Below are positions 13,607 through 26,850 of a DNA stretch of 64,000 bases, one piece after another. Position numbers and translations under genes: made by a program. Source of the stretch: the human T2T-CHM13v2.0 reference genome, Homo sapiens. Numbering within the stretch: position 1 is the first letter of the stretch; each line of letters begins with the position of its first letter. The stretch lies in NCBI RefSeq assembly GCF_009914755.1, contig NC_060932.1; one strand, 5' to 3'. The notes under the pieces are model-generated. The model was given only the letters and a program-made list of their open reading frames with translations, did not search any database and was not told the origin of the DNA.

Positions 13607-14022
13607 CTGAAAGAAAAAAAACTGCCTATGGTTTTGTTCTGTTTTTTTTTTCTTCCCTGCCCAATAACCTGCAATGGTCCCTGGACCCTGCTGTTTGGAA
13701 TAGTTGCGCTCACTGAAGCAGCAGCGGAAACACTTGTTTTCCTCCTAGATCACAAAGAGGACCAAGGAAGGTCGTATTTAGTGGCCCTTACCGACACATT
13801 CTCGAAAACCTGCACCCTTGCCTTTCCTCTTAGACCACAAAGAGGACGGAGAAAGGTCGGAGTGGAGGGCCATACCCTGAGGGAGGGAAGGGATCTCCAG
13901 CATTGGAAGAGTGATGCCTTTTGTCCTCACTTCTTATCATATGGATAGGAAGGATATACCCCCCAATTTTGGAGTCTATAATTTCTGAGGCTCTCCATAT
14001 CCTAGATTCGGGAATAACCTTT

Positions 14023-14590
14023 TACTCTTAAGCATCTCTTGGAGAAGTCTTACTTATATAAGACTGGTCATAGTAGCCAAGTTTGTATACAAAACAAAAA
14101 ACCGAACAAACTTAACAAAAATCCAATTCCCTACAGACTAGAAAAATGAAAAAACAAAACACACAAACTCCCCCCAAAGTCTTTGTGGTACATACATATA
14201 ATGAAATCTCATAAAGCAGTAAAATGAATGAATTAGTCATTAAATCTCATGTACACAATGTTGAATACAACAAGAAAAGCAAGTTACAGAATCCATAAGA
14301 ATCACTTCATTTCTATAAAGTTTAAAATATAAAAAACTAAAATGGTCTTTGTAAATGAATACATATATCTTTGATAAATCTGTAATGAAAACCAAGAGAA
14401 TACTAGTAACAAAATTCAGGATAATGGTTACTTATCTTGGAATGAGGGACATGTCACCTAGAGAAATAGTTGTACAGTAGCTGGTAAGGTTCCATTTTTA
14501 AAAACCTGGGTGGGTACATTAAGATTCATTTTTGTTACTCTTTAACTTGCAATATATTATGAATATTCTTTTTTATTTGTTTAATAATTA
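14023..14590 (+). mobile_element. Old L1 (L1ME-type) 3' end
   Basis: tgtggtacatacatataatgaa...aaaatgaatgaa...aaaattcaggataatggtta...ctgggtgggtaca. Confidence 0.6.
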
Positions 14591-15719
14591 ATATAAACAA
14601 TACCAAAAACCTTAAAATGTCAACATCAGAGAAAGGAAAAATTGCCTTTTTAATTACTAGTTCTATAGTGTAACAATCCAATTGAGTACATTATTTTATG
14701 TATCTCTATTATTTATCTGGAATAAAAATTAATCCATAAATAATTGGATGTTATGCCAAAATGCATGAACAGATTCATAGTCTATTCATATATTGTACAG
14801 TGGCTACTTGATAGGATAAAAACATTTTTAAACAAAAATTTAGTATCTATAGAAGTTTATTTTACAGGAGAATGCCTGATACCTTCTCCCTGGAATATTC
14901 TTTGTCTAGCTCCTTTTCATTTTTTTATGTCTCAGCTTAAATCCTTCTGTCCCTGACATATAACATCTTTTCCTGGCAAGCAAAGTAGGTCCCCCATTTT
15001 TATATTGTAATGGTACCTATGATTATTTTTCACAACACATATAAATTTTCATATTATTTTTAACAGCTTTAAATTACATATTTATGGAACTGATTATTCT
15101 ATCAGTGCCTTCGTGCATTCATATGTAAGGAACATAACGACAGAAGTATGGCTGATTTTTGTATATTGAACTTTTATACCAATTTTATTGTCAGTTATAA
15201 TATCTGTGGATTCTTTTGGATATTCCATATATAAGATCACGTCATCTGCAAAAAATAACAGCTTTACTTGTCCTTTCCAATTCTTACATTTTGTAGTTAT
15301 TTTAATTTTAATGCTTAGGACCTTCACTAGAATGTTGAATCAATTAAAGCAATATCCATGACGTTTCTGATTCCAGGGGCAAAGTTTTCAAAATTTCACC
15401 TTCAGTATAATATTTGCTGTATTTTGTGTAAATAATTTTGTCATATTAAGTTTCATTTCTCTTTCTAGTTTGCTAACAGTTTGTATTACAAATAGATATT
15501 GAACCATATGAGGTGTTTTTTTAGATACCCATTATTTTTTCCTTACGTATTTTGTTAATGGGTTAAATAACAATCCTGGAATAGTATTCCTGATATATTC
15601 CCAAATAGCGTAGGCTTTGTTATCTTCTAAAATTATCCCTGGATTTAGTGTTAATATTTTGTTTAGAAATTTTGCATCTATAATCAGTGACACTGGCTTG
15701 TAATCTTCCTTTCTGGTAA

Positions 15720-16132
<413 letters not shown>

Positions 16133-16658
16133 GGGTTTATTTATTAAGAGTTTGTTAGAATTCACCAATAGGACCATTTTGACAAGGAGTTTTCTTTGTA
16201 GGAAGGTTCTTAGTTGTATTCTTTAAAATATTTGAACAATTAAAATGTTATATTTCTACTTGTGTCAGTTTGGTAATTTGTAGTTTTGTAAGTATTTGTT
16301 CATCTAAATTTTCAAATTTATTGGCATGAAGTTTTCATAATATAATCTTTCTATCTTTTTCTATCTGTGGGATCTGTGTTGAAGTCTTCTTTTCCATTTC
16401 TGATGTAATTTATGTCTGCCTTTTCTGTTTTTGTTCTCAAAAATTTTTTGCCAAATTTATTATACATTATTTTTGCAAGATTATTAGATTTCTAAATAAC
16501 TAAATTTTGGTTTTATTACTCTAACAATTTTTATCCTTTATTATATATTTCCTTATACTTATTTTGAGTATAACTTACTCTTTCTTTTTCTCATTTTTTG
16601 AGATCTGATCTTAGCTCATGAATTATCAGCTTTTCTTTTTTAAAAAACATGCATTTGG

Positions 16659-16940
16659 GGCTGAGCATAGTGACTCATGCCTGTAATCCTAGCACTTTGG
16701 GAGGTGGAGGCAGGAGTGGATCACTTTGAGCTCAGGAGTTTGAGACTAACCTGGCCAACATGGCAAAAACCATCTCTTAAAAAAAATTAGCTGGGCATTG
16801 GTGTTTTGCACCTGTAGTACCAGCTACTTGGGAGGGTGAGGTGGGAGGATTGCATGAGCTGGGAGGCAGAGGTTGCAGTGAGCTGAGATCATGCCATTGC
16901 ACTCCATCCTGGGTGACAAAGATCCCTTCTCAAAAAAAAA
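16659..16940 (+). mobile_element. AluJ
   Basis: gagctcaggagtttgag and gtgggaggattgc (J-type); TSD aaa(c/a)atgcattt. Confidence 0.88.
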
Positions 16941-17255
16941 TGCATTTAAAGCAATATATTTCTTTCTAATTTGTTTTATCTGTGCCTCTTTATTACTAAC
17001 TGAAAAATCCTTAAGATAGCCAACTGAAAAGGGAGAGCTACGTAATATAGCTTATTACTAAAGAAAAAGGGAAAAAATTTTTCTATGCAACCACAGTGAT
17101 CATTCAAATTATAAAATTAAAAACTCCTAATTACATTAGATACAGAAATATTATCACACATACAAGTAACATGACAATACAAATGTTATGTATTTTGGAA
17201 AAATCTTATCATGGAACATGTAGAATTTGTTTGGAAAAAAATCTATATGGATTGA

Positions 17256-17558
<303 letters not shown>

Positions 17559-17698
17559 TCTATAGGGATTAAGAATAATCTAAAGAATTAGGTTACCAAA
17601 TTAGACTTACAGGAATTAGATTTTACCCAGTATCAAGTTTTATTAAAAATTCAAAGGTACAGGTAATTGTGAAAAGCAGAAGGATGCAAAAAGTTTTT

Positions 17699-19637
17699 CC
17701 AGCTCTACTAGCTGTGAGAGTTTAGAAAATTTATATAAACTCTTTTAGTTACAATTTCCTTATTTTATAAACTGAGGATAATATTGCCTACTCACATGGT
17801 GTATTGTGTATTCATCTGTTCTCACACTGCTAATAAAGATATACCTGAGACTGAGTAATTTATAAAGGAAAGAGGTTTAGTTGACTAACAGTTCCACATG
17901 GCTGAGGTAGGACTCACAATCATGGTAGAAGGTGGAGGAGGGGCAAAGTCACATCTTACATGGCAGCAGGCAAAGACAGAGCTTGTGTAGGAGAACTGTC
18001 CTTTATAAAACCATCAGATCTCATGAGACTTACTATCATGAGAACAGCATGGGAAAGACCTGCCCCCATGATTCAGATACCTCCCACTGGGTCCCTCCCA
18101 CAACACGTGGGAATTAAGGAGCTACAATTCAAGATGGGATTTGGGTGGGGACACAGCTAAACCATATCATTCTGACTCTGGCCCCTCCAAAATCTCATGT
18201 CCTCCCATTTCAAAACCAATTGTACCTTCCCAACAGTCCCCCAAAGTCTTAACTCATTTCAGCATTAACTCAGAAGTCCAGAATCCAAAGTCTCATCTGA
18301 GACAAGGCAGGTCCCTTCTGCCTATGAGACTCTGAAATCTAGGCAGAGGTTCCCAAACCTCAATTTTTGACTTCTGTGCACCTGCAGGCTCAACACCATG
18401 TGTAAACTTGCACCCTCTGAAGCAACGGTTTGACCTCTACGTTGGCCCCTTTTGGCCATGGCTGGGACACAGGGCACCAAGTCCTGAGACTGCACAAAGC
18501 AGCAAGGCTCTGGGCGAGACCCATGAAACCATTTTTTTCCTCCTAGGCCCTGTGGCTTGTGATGGTGGGGGCTGCCATGAAGATCTCTGACATGGCCTGG
18601 AGACATTTTCCCCATTGTCTTGGAGAGTAACATTTGGCACCTTGTTACTTATGCAAATTTCTGCAGCCACCTTGAATTTCTCCTCAGAAAATAGGTTTTT
18701 CTTTTCTACTGCATTTTCAGGCTGCAAATTTTCTGAACTTTTATGCTCTGCTTCCCTTTTAAACATAAGTTCCAATTCCAAACCATATCTTTGTGAATAC
18801 ATAAAGCTGAATGCATTTAATAGCACCCAAATCAGCTCTTGAACACTTTGCAGCATAGAAATTTCTTCTGCTAGATACTCTAAATCATCTCCCTCAAGTT
18901 CAAAGTGCTATAGATCTCTAGGGAAGATGCAAAATGCTGCCAGTCTCTGCTAAAACATAGCAAGAGTCACCTTTATTTAAGTTTCTGACAAGTTCCTCAT
19001 CTCCATCTGAGACCAACTCAGCCTAGACTTTTTTGCCCATATCACTATCAGCATTTTGCTCAAAGCCATTTGACAAGTCTCTAGGAAGTTACAAAATTTC
19101 CCACATCCTCTTGTCTTCTTCTGAGCCTTCCAAACTGTTGCAAACTCTGCCTGTTACCCAGTTCCGAAGTCACTTCCACACTTTACTGGTACCAATTTAC
19201 TGTATTCATCTGTTCTTACACTGCTAATAAAGACATACCCAAAACTGGGAAATTTATAAAGGAAAGAGGTTTAATAGACTCACAGTTCCACATGGCTGGG
19301 GAGGCCTCACAATCATGTTCAAAGGCAAATGAGCAAAGTCATGTCTTACATAGGAGCAGGCAAATAGAGACCTTGTGTAGGCGAACTCTCCTTTATAAAA
19401 CCATCAGATCTTGTGAGACTTACTCACTATCATGAGAACAGTCCAGGAAAGATCTGCCCCCATGATTCCTTTATCTCCCACTGGGTCCCTCTTGTGATAC
19501 ATGGGAATTATGGGAGCTACAATTCAAGATGAGATTTGGGTGGGGACACAGCCAAACCATATCACATGGTTAGTGTTAACAGGATGATGTGCATATAAGG
19601 TTACCAGAGTAGCCAGCACATTTAAGAATGCAACAAG
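17699..19637 (+). mobile_element. MIR split by the THE1 insertion (pieces about 17699-17799 and 19565-19637)
   Basis: ccagctctactagctgtga...tttccttattttataaactgaggataata...cctactcacatgg, resuming ...gatgatgtgcatataagg...gccagcacat. Confidence 0.7.
17800..19564 (-). mobile_element. THE1 (MaLR) element with both LTRs (17800-18169, 19201-19564) and a shortened internal region
   Basis: Two LTR copies sharing tgtattcatctgttct; THE1-int between them; perfect 5-bp TSD CATGG. Confidence 0.95.
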
Positions 19638-20393
19638 TTATATATTAATGTGATAATTTAGTATTGCTGTTATGATTCCACATATCTTATATTTAATTTT
19701 AATCTTCCTATGTATATAATTAAAGGTCTATTATCAAGATGTAATCCAGATTCATTTCTGCAACCTGCCTTACTATTTTTTTCTTAAACACAGACAGCAC
19801 TTGTTGTATTTCTCGCCTATGAGTTTTCAATGACCTTTTAATAGAAATGCTTAATTCTAGAAATATGAATGGAAAATGGTCATTTATTTGTACATCTCTT
19901 AGGGATTTAGGTGTATAACATACCATAGCACAAGAATAAGATATGGTGGCTATCTTTCAAGATGTTTATAGATTACCAGTGGTAAATAAAAGTTAAATAA
20001 TATAATTTTATCATTGGTGCTAAAAAAAAACACTGAAAAACAAATGTGTGAGTATAAATGATGTTAGCCATTGACTTGAAATATTTTCCTAAATAACATA
20101 AGCCTAATATATTATGAAAGGTGTTTCAATTGCTCAGGACAGTTATAATACATATAATCAAATTCTATACATTGAAAATATTTCATATATTCCAAGTTCT
20201 ACATGTAACAGAATGACATATATAACTGTACTATGGAGATTGAAACATTCTAATGCATTTAAAAAGAATATGTTCTGAAAATGCCAAATTTTCTCAAAAC
20301 AGTGCATTTATACTCCTGCAATATAGTAAAAGTCCCTGTAAATAATTTTTATGCAGTATACAACAGCATAAAATACTATATTTTCTTGTTCAG

Positions 20394-20552
20394 GGAACTC
20401 AATGAAGGCAAAGAGGAAAGTCAACATCAACAACCTGATGATTCTAACAATATAGCTGTCCATGTTCAGAGAGCACATGGTGGCCATATTTTATATAGAC
20501 CAAAAAGAGCCACAGAGAAATTTGAAGAATTCCTAGCTATCTTAAAGAAATT
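20394..20552 (+). CDS. CNBD1: Internal coding exon (159 nt, phase 2/2) of cyclic nucleotide-binding domain-containing protein 1, probably exon 4
   Basis: Acceptor ttttcttgttcag|G and donor TT|gtaagt; open frame (R)ELNEGKEESQHQQPDDSNNIAVHVQRAHGGHILYRPKRATEKFEEFLAILKK(L) in non-repetitive DNA; gene identity recalled from the human protein sequence, not searched. Confidence 0.88.
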
Positions 20553-20910
20553 GTAAGTATTTAAAATATATTCCTTCTTCTAATTGAGTAATTCTTTTGA
20601 ATGGCTTTATTTTTTAAAGTTTATTGTTTGTGGGTAAGTGTACTTTAGTTATGATACAGCACTCATGGTTGATTCAGGAGAGATGGACACACTGGAGACT
20701 TTGTTTCTATATAAATACAGTCTTCATGAATTCAGTCTTCAATGGTGTATCACGGATATAATGCTAAACTTGTGACCCATTATTTTAAAATTAAACTGCA
20801 AGCAAAATATATATTATTTACTGATATTTCAAAATTCTGTTAAAGATGTCCTTAGCTTGGGTTATCGGAAGGCTCTTCACAAACTGTCTTCCTCATCCAG
20901 GAGTCTTTAA

Positions 20911-21271
<361 letters not shown>

Positions 21272-21425
21272 CCATTCCTTTTAATTTTCTAGAATACTTT
21301 GTGCTCTGATAGGGACACAACTGCCTGAAGAAGGAGGGGTGTGGAGGAGAAGATTAAATCTGAGTGTAGGCTGATTACCAAAGATGGTATTGGATTTGTG
21401 AATAAAATTAAACGAGTACCATGAA

Positions 21426-22103
21426 AATTATAGAAGAAAATCTTAACCACCTGTCATAGGGGAGTAAAATTAAACTTGTAAGCTGAAAAAATAGGAAATT
21501 CAACTAGAATATGTGATATTAGAATTGAGATTGATAACAGGAACAAAACCAAAAGTGTCAAGACTAGGAATGTTTTCAGAAAAAAATCAATAGCAGGGAA
21601 TGAGTAATTAAAAATTTGACATTTATGTTCTGAAGAATGAACTTTTTCTTTGTTTAGATACAAAAATACCATTGTGGTATAACTGCCTACAGTATACAGT
21701 ACAGTAACATGTTTTGCAGGTTTGTAGCCTAGGAACAACAGGCTATACCAGCTGGCCTAGGTGTGTAGTAGACTACACGATCCAGGTTTAAGTGTACTCT
21801 ATGATGTTTACAGAATGACAAAATCGCATGATGACAGATTTCTCAGAATGTATCCCCATTGTTAAGTGACACATGACTATGATTGCAAATTTGAGGAAAT
21901 ATGATCAGAGCTTCCAGAAAATTTGAGAATGATCAGATTTTTATACTCTTAACTTATAATAACAAAAAGGAAACAACGAATACTAATCACTTTTTAGTAA
22001 AGCAGGTATGAGGGAATTATAGAAGGAAATCTTAACCACCTGTCATAGAAGAGTAAAATTAAACTTGTAAGCTGAAAAAATTAGGAAATTCAACTAGAAT
22101 ATG
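21426..22103 (+). repeat. Dispersed direct repeat of about 88 bp (21426-21513 and 22015-22103)
   Basis: aattatagaag(a/g)aaatcttaaccacctgtcatag..gagtaaaattaaacttgtaagctgaaaaaat(t)aggaaattcaactagaatatg occurs twice with about 4 differences. Confidence 0.93.
21641..21879. mobile_element. Tigger3/MER7 DNA transposon end fragment
   Basis: tttagatacaaaaataccattgtg...gcctacagta...tttctcagaatgtatccccattgttaagtgacacatgact (one terminal inverted repeat). Confidence 0.82.
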
Positions 22104-23078
22104 CTCACTAAATTCGTTAAAAATATTCTTTAAGTGGTAGAAAATCGCTAAAACACTGAAAGTGATCTAAGGCATACTATGCTACAATCACTTTAATTCC
22201 ATTAAACTCTAATGTTGATTAATATTGCATCAGATTCCAAAATTTTAGTTTCCAGAAACCCATGAATCACTCTGCTGATTTCAGGTTGTGCTGGGCTGTA
22301 AGAGTTTTAATGGCAGTGGTAATTCCTGTCTTTTTTACTATAGTGAGATAGCAGTTTCCAGATAACAAAGTTTCTGATCTGAGATGTGGGAGGTCAGTAA
22401 CAGGGACTTCCAAGCAGCTATGATTCTGCACTGCAATGTCAAAATACCAGGAGGTAAATCTAGGTCAATGTCAGGATGGAAACTACAAATGGGTAAGAAG
22501 CCTAGTACCTTCTTAACAGTGGACTACCGCGAAAAGCAGGAGCCATGGTAGAAGGTGGTCCAAGCACAGTGAATAATAGACAAGTTACTTTACTTTGCTA
22601 CATTCTTTTGTGGACCTCCATGGATGCTATTTAATGGCCTGTTTCCAAACACCCAGGACAATAGATGTTGGGTCAGTATCAGTTTCCAGAACCCACTTCC
22701 TCACTCATGTGTGAGAAAATGGATGAGTAGAGAAGATCCTGATGTACTATACGTCCCCCCTTTCAGTGGCTCAGAATTGGGCAGCCAGGACTTTGACATG
22801 GCAAAACTCACTGCTGTCAATGGGTGGGCTGTGACAGCCACCAAATTACAGTAGGAGAGTAAATGAGAAGGAAATTCATTTTTATGAGATGTTTAATATT
22901 AACAGAAAGCCTTAAGCTCTCTATAAAAAATTTGTGATTTAATCCTCACATCAATGCTTTGAGGTAGCTATGACAAACTATTAATAGTAAGTAAAAGATC
23001 AATGTATGCACTAAATCCACAATCTATGTTTGTTCTATAGCACATGCCTTTTCTCTCCTCTTCTCCTTGGGACACTAA

Positions 23079-23580
23079 TGTATTAGCTTCTTATTGTTCT
23101 GTAATTAATTAACATAAACTTAGTGGCTTACAACAACATAATTTAGTATCTCTCAGGGTGAGGTTTATCTGGTCCTCTGCTCAGTGTCTCACAGATCATC
23201 AGAGTGTCCACTGGGCTGTGACCATTTCTGGAGCATAGGATCCTCTTCCAAGCTCAAATGGTTGTTGGCAGGATTCAGTTCCTTGTGGTTGTAGGACTGA
23301 CATCCCCACTTTCATGATGGCTTTCAGCAGGGGGCCCCTCTTTCTACTAGAGACTCCCTAGATCCTTGCCATGTGGCACTTTCTCAAGCTCTGTTAGCAA
23401 CACAAAAGCTTAAATTTTCAAAGCTAGCAAGGGAGAGTCTGTTTCTCTCTGTGTTATTCTGACTAGGTGAAGTGTGATATAACCTAATCAGGGGCCTATA
23501 TATCCCATCGGGTTTTGCAGTATTCCCAAATCATAGATTCTGCCCCCACTCCCAACATTTAAGGAAAGGGGATTGGGTGT
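23079..23580 (-). mobile_element. MLT1 (MLT1E-like) MaLR LTR
   Basis: tgtattag...cataaacttagtggctta...cttccaagctca...gttgttggcaggattcagttccttgtggttgtaggactga. Confidence 0.75.
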
Positions 23581-23906
23581 TCCCTTAGTCACATTTAGTA
23601 ACATCATCAGTCTATTTCTGACTCTGTTAATTGCATTAGCAATGGGGTTGTATGCTTTATAAACACAACACTAAAGTAATTCAATTAAAATCTATTTATT
23701 GATGGATAAGTTGTCAGGTCTGTGGCCTTTTGTTTATCTCTGACTAATTAAACCATGATCAGATTGACGGGCTGTTTAAGTGATGTTATCTAATGAACTT
23801 TTGAAAATGTTACCTTCTATACTTTAAAACTTTTCACTTTGTCACCCTGACTAAAATTTAAAAAAAAAAAACATTTTGAGTCACAGTAACTTTTTAAATA
23901 AATGCA

Positions 23907-24198
23907 GGCTGGGCGCAGTGGCTCACACCTGTAATCCCAGCACTTTGGGAAGCCAAGGAGTGTGGATCATGAGGTCAAGAGATGGAAACCATCCTGGCCA
24001 ACCTGGTGAAACTCCATCTCTATTAAAAATACAAAAATTAGCTGGGTGTGGTGGCATGTGCCTATAGTCCCAGCTACTCGGGAGGCTGAGGCAGGAATTG
24101 CTTGAACGCGGGAGGCGAGCCGAGATTGGGCCACTGCACTCCAGCCTGGTGACAGAGCAAGACTCCATCTCAAAAAAAAAAAAAAAAAAAAAAAAAAA
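23907..24198 (+). mobile_element. AluSc with a small right-arm deletion
   Basis: gaggtcaagagat...ccatcctggccaac; TSD aaa(t/g)aaatgca. Confidence 0.9.
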
Positions 24199-24549
24199 GA
24201 AATGCAAAGATATCTGATAAGATTAAGATACTATTACCTATTGATAACTTGGTGTGCTATAGCTTAATCATGTTAATTACATCTTAACTTCCACTTCATG
24301 TCAGCAGCTCTGAGTAAATACTGATAGATGGGAAAAATAATAAATAATTTTGAAACATTAAAATCATTGGGAGAGGCATTAAAATCATGGGGGTGGTGCC
24401 ACCATAAAGGAGAGATTTGAGCAACCAGAGGATTACTAAACAGACAGTGGGAGGGAGAGAGGAGACAGAGTGAGAAAAAGAGAGTTGGGAGGCCCCTTTT
24501 TAAAATTTTGTTTTTTAAGGCATATCAGATTGAATATAAGCTTATCATG

Positions 24550-24960
24550 TGTATTAGTTAGGATTTTGGATCATAAGCAACAGAAACTGACTCTGGTTCA
24601 TTAAAACAATCACAATAAACAAAAAGGGAAGGGGGGACAGATGGAAGAATATCAGGTAGCTCTCAGAATAGAAGAACAACAACTAGATGCTGGAGATACA
24701 AACTCTAAGGCAACTCTGGAAGTCTCTTCAAGGTACAACACTGGAATCAATCAGTTACAACTACTTGCATTTGGGAGTTACTAGGCTCACAGCTTAATTT
24801 CAGGGATAGGGAGTCAGATTGTTGTAGTTTATTTTTATACCCACCCTTGAATAAATGCTGAGGGAGAAGTGCCCTTTGACAGGCAGTTTTACTGAGTTTA
24901 CATGCAATTGGCAAAGGGGCAGCATTTCAAAAGAGAAAATATTTCAGAAGAAGGGGGAAA
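24550..24960 (-). mobile_element. Old MLT1 LTR remnant
   Basis: tgtattagttaggatt...aagcaacagaaactgactctgg start; right boundary uncertain. Confidence 0.45.
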
Positions 24961-25044
24961 TGATGATAAGTAAAGAATATTAAAATCTAGGAACTGAAAC
25001 ATGACTTAGAATTTTAGTTTCTAAATAATTTTGACTCATTTTAT

Positions 25045-25690
25045 TTTTCATCCATTAATTAATGAATCCAACATACACTTTTGAACTCCTCTATGTTTCT
25101 GTCAGTATTCCTGGTATTGGGACTGTGGGAACACACAATATCTTTGCCCTCATGGAGCTTACATTCTAATGTAAGAGATACTAAACACATATGTATTCTG
25201 TCAGTTAGTGATAAGTGCTAGGAAGAAAAGCTAATGCAGAATAAGGGGATAGAGAATGATGGAAATGATCAGAGAAGTCAGATTTTATGAAACAGGAGAA
25301 AGAGGAGAGAGAGACAATTAAATACCTTGAAGAAGTGCATTCTAGGGAAAGAAAACACAAGTGCAAGAGCCCAGGTATTGCAACATGGTCTGCAAATAGA
25401 AAAACAAATTACAAAAAATAAAAACCATAATAATTGGGAAGAAAGTCATTGTTGTGAAAGTGCATGAGTCAAATGGGAGACCTGGTGGAAATAGTGCTTC
25501 AGAGGTAGCCAGGGACCAGATTATCATTTAGGGTCTCATAGCCCATGAAGGGATTTTAACCTTGGTGTGACTGGCATGTTATGATTTACATGGCAAAAGG
25601 TCATGTGTGGATGCCAAAAGGAGTTTCAGAGTGACCTGTTAGAGTGCTGTGAAATTTGTCTAGGTGAAAGATGACAGTGGCCCATATTCT
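25045..25690 (-). mobile_element. L2a fragment
   Basis: tgccctcatggagcttacattcta; gtgataagtgctaggaagaaaa; gcattctagggaaagaaaacacaagtgcaagagccc; gggaccagattat. Confidence 0.75.
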
Positions 25691-26729
25691 GTGTTAGGGA
25701 TTTAGATTTGACATGAAGAATTTGATTTTCTCTCTCTTTTTAAGACATGAGCAGGACTGAACAGACAGTCCTTGAAGCAAATCAGGTTCATTGCTCAGTT
25801 TGACCACTAACATGATGGAGAATCCTGGGCAAATCATCTGATGCTCTCACATGTTGGTATTTGATTGCAGTGCTTATAACAACACTGGCTTTTAAAATGC
25901 AATTATAAAATACTATGGTAAAAATAATTGGTTTCTTCATAAATGACTAATTTCTGGGGAAAAAAAGTTATGTTTGTATGTATTTGTGGGAGCTGTGGAA
26001 AGGGTAGGAGAAGAGAGGGACTTATAAATGAGCTGTGAAATGCAGATTAAGATCCTCTGAGAAAACTTGGCCCGATTGTTTTTTCTTCTACTTTCTCCAA
26101 TTAACGATGTTTCCTTTGAGCGAATGAGGCATCTGAAGATCATTATGTTTCAGTAGAGCAGTGATGCAAAGCCACTTCTCAGGAATGACTCAGAGGAATT
26201 GCTCCCTGGAAGAACATCAGGGTTTTTGCCTTTTAGATTCAGGCTGTTTAAAATCCAAATGCAATATGGTTCTTATGCTGTCGTCCTCTGGTGAAATGGC
26301 ACATAAGATGGGGAATTGCAGTCTCAAACTATATTTAAGGGCTGCATGCTGATCAAAGAAAAACACTTTGTGGGGCTATTAATTTGTGAAAAATACAGTA
26401 TTTTGGAGGAAAACCGCACTTCAATGGAGTGGAAGGGGGATTCATATCTAGAAAAGAAAGTTTCCATTTGAACTTAAAAGGGAACATAGGTTAATAAAGA
26501 ACGGTGTGGATACTGAAAGTAATTTATATTTCTGACACAAATGGTGATCATTTATGACAGAAGAATGGGAAATAAAGGAAGAGAATTATTTGTGTTAAAA
26601 TGAGTTAGCAAAGGACAGAAATTAAAAACTCATTGACAGTAGATTGGTATTCTAAAAGCGTGTCACGCTGAATCTTCTTGTTCTGTCTGCGGCAGCTAGA
26701 TTGAAAGTTACATTTGGGATGTACATGTT

Positions 26730-26850
26730 GCAAAATGCCTGGCCTGCAGAGTCAGAAAGAACTGTGTTCTCAACTGGACTCCTCTAATCATCAGTTGTAT
26801 GATCTTGGGCAAATTTCTACCTCCAAAAATTTTATTCACAAAGTTAGAAT
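26730..26850 (+). mobile_element. MIR fragment
   Basis: gagtcagaaagactgtgttc...gttgtatgatcttgggcaaattt. Confidence 0.5.

Larger units (their letters stand above)
6593..14022 (-). mobile_element. HERV9 (ERV9/LTR12) provirus, 5' LTR missing, all genes disrupted
   Basis: On the minus strand the order is leader-gag-pro-pol-env-PPT-LTR12; ORF fragments carry gammaretroviral Gag, RT, RNase H, IN and TM motifs. Confidence 0.93.

Noticed and set aside
20281-20556. 91-aa ORF as a standalone gene
   Set aside because: The first 37 or so codons are intronic read-through; only 20394-20552 is bounded by splice sites, and the stop lies in the donor gtaag.
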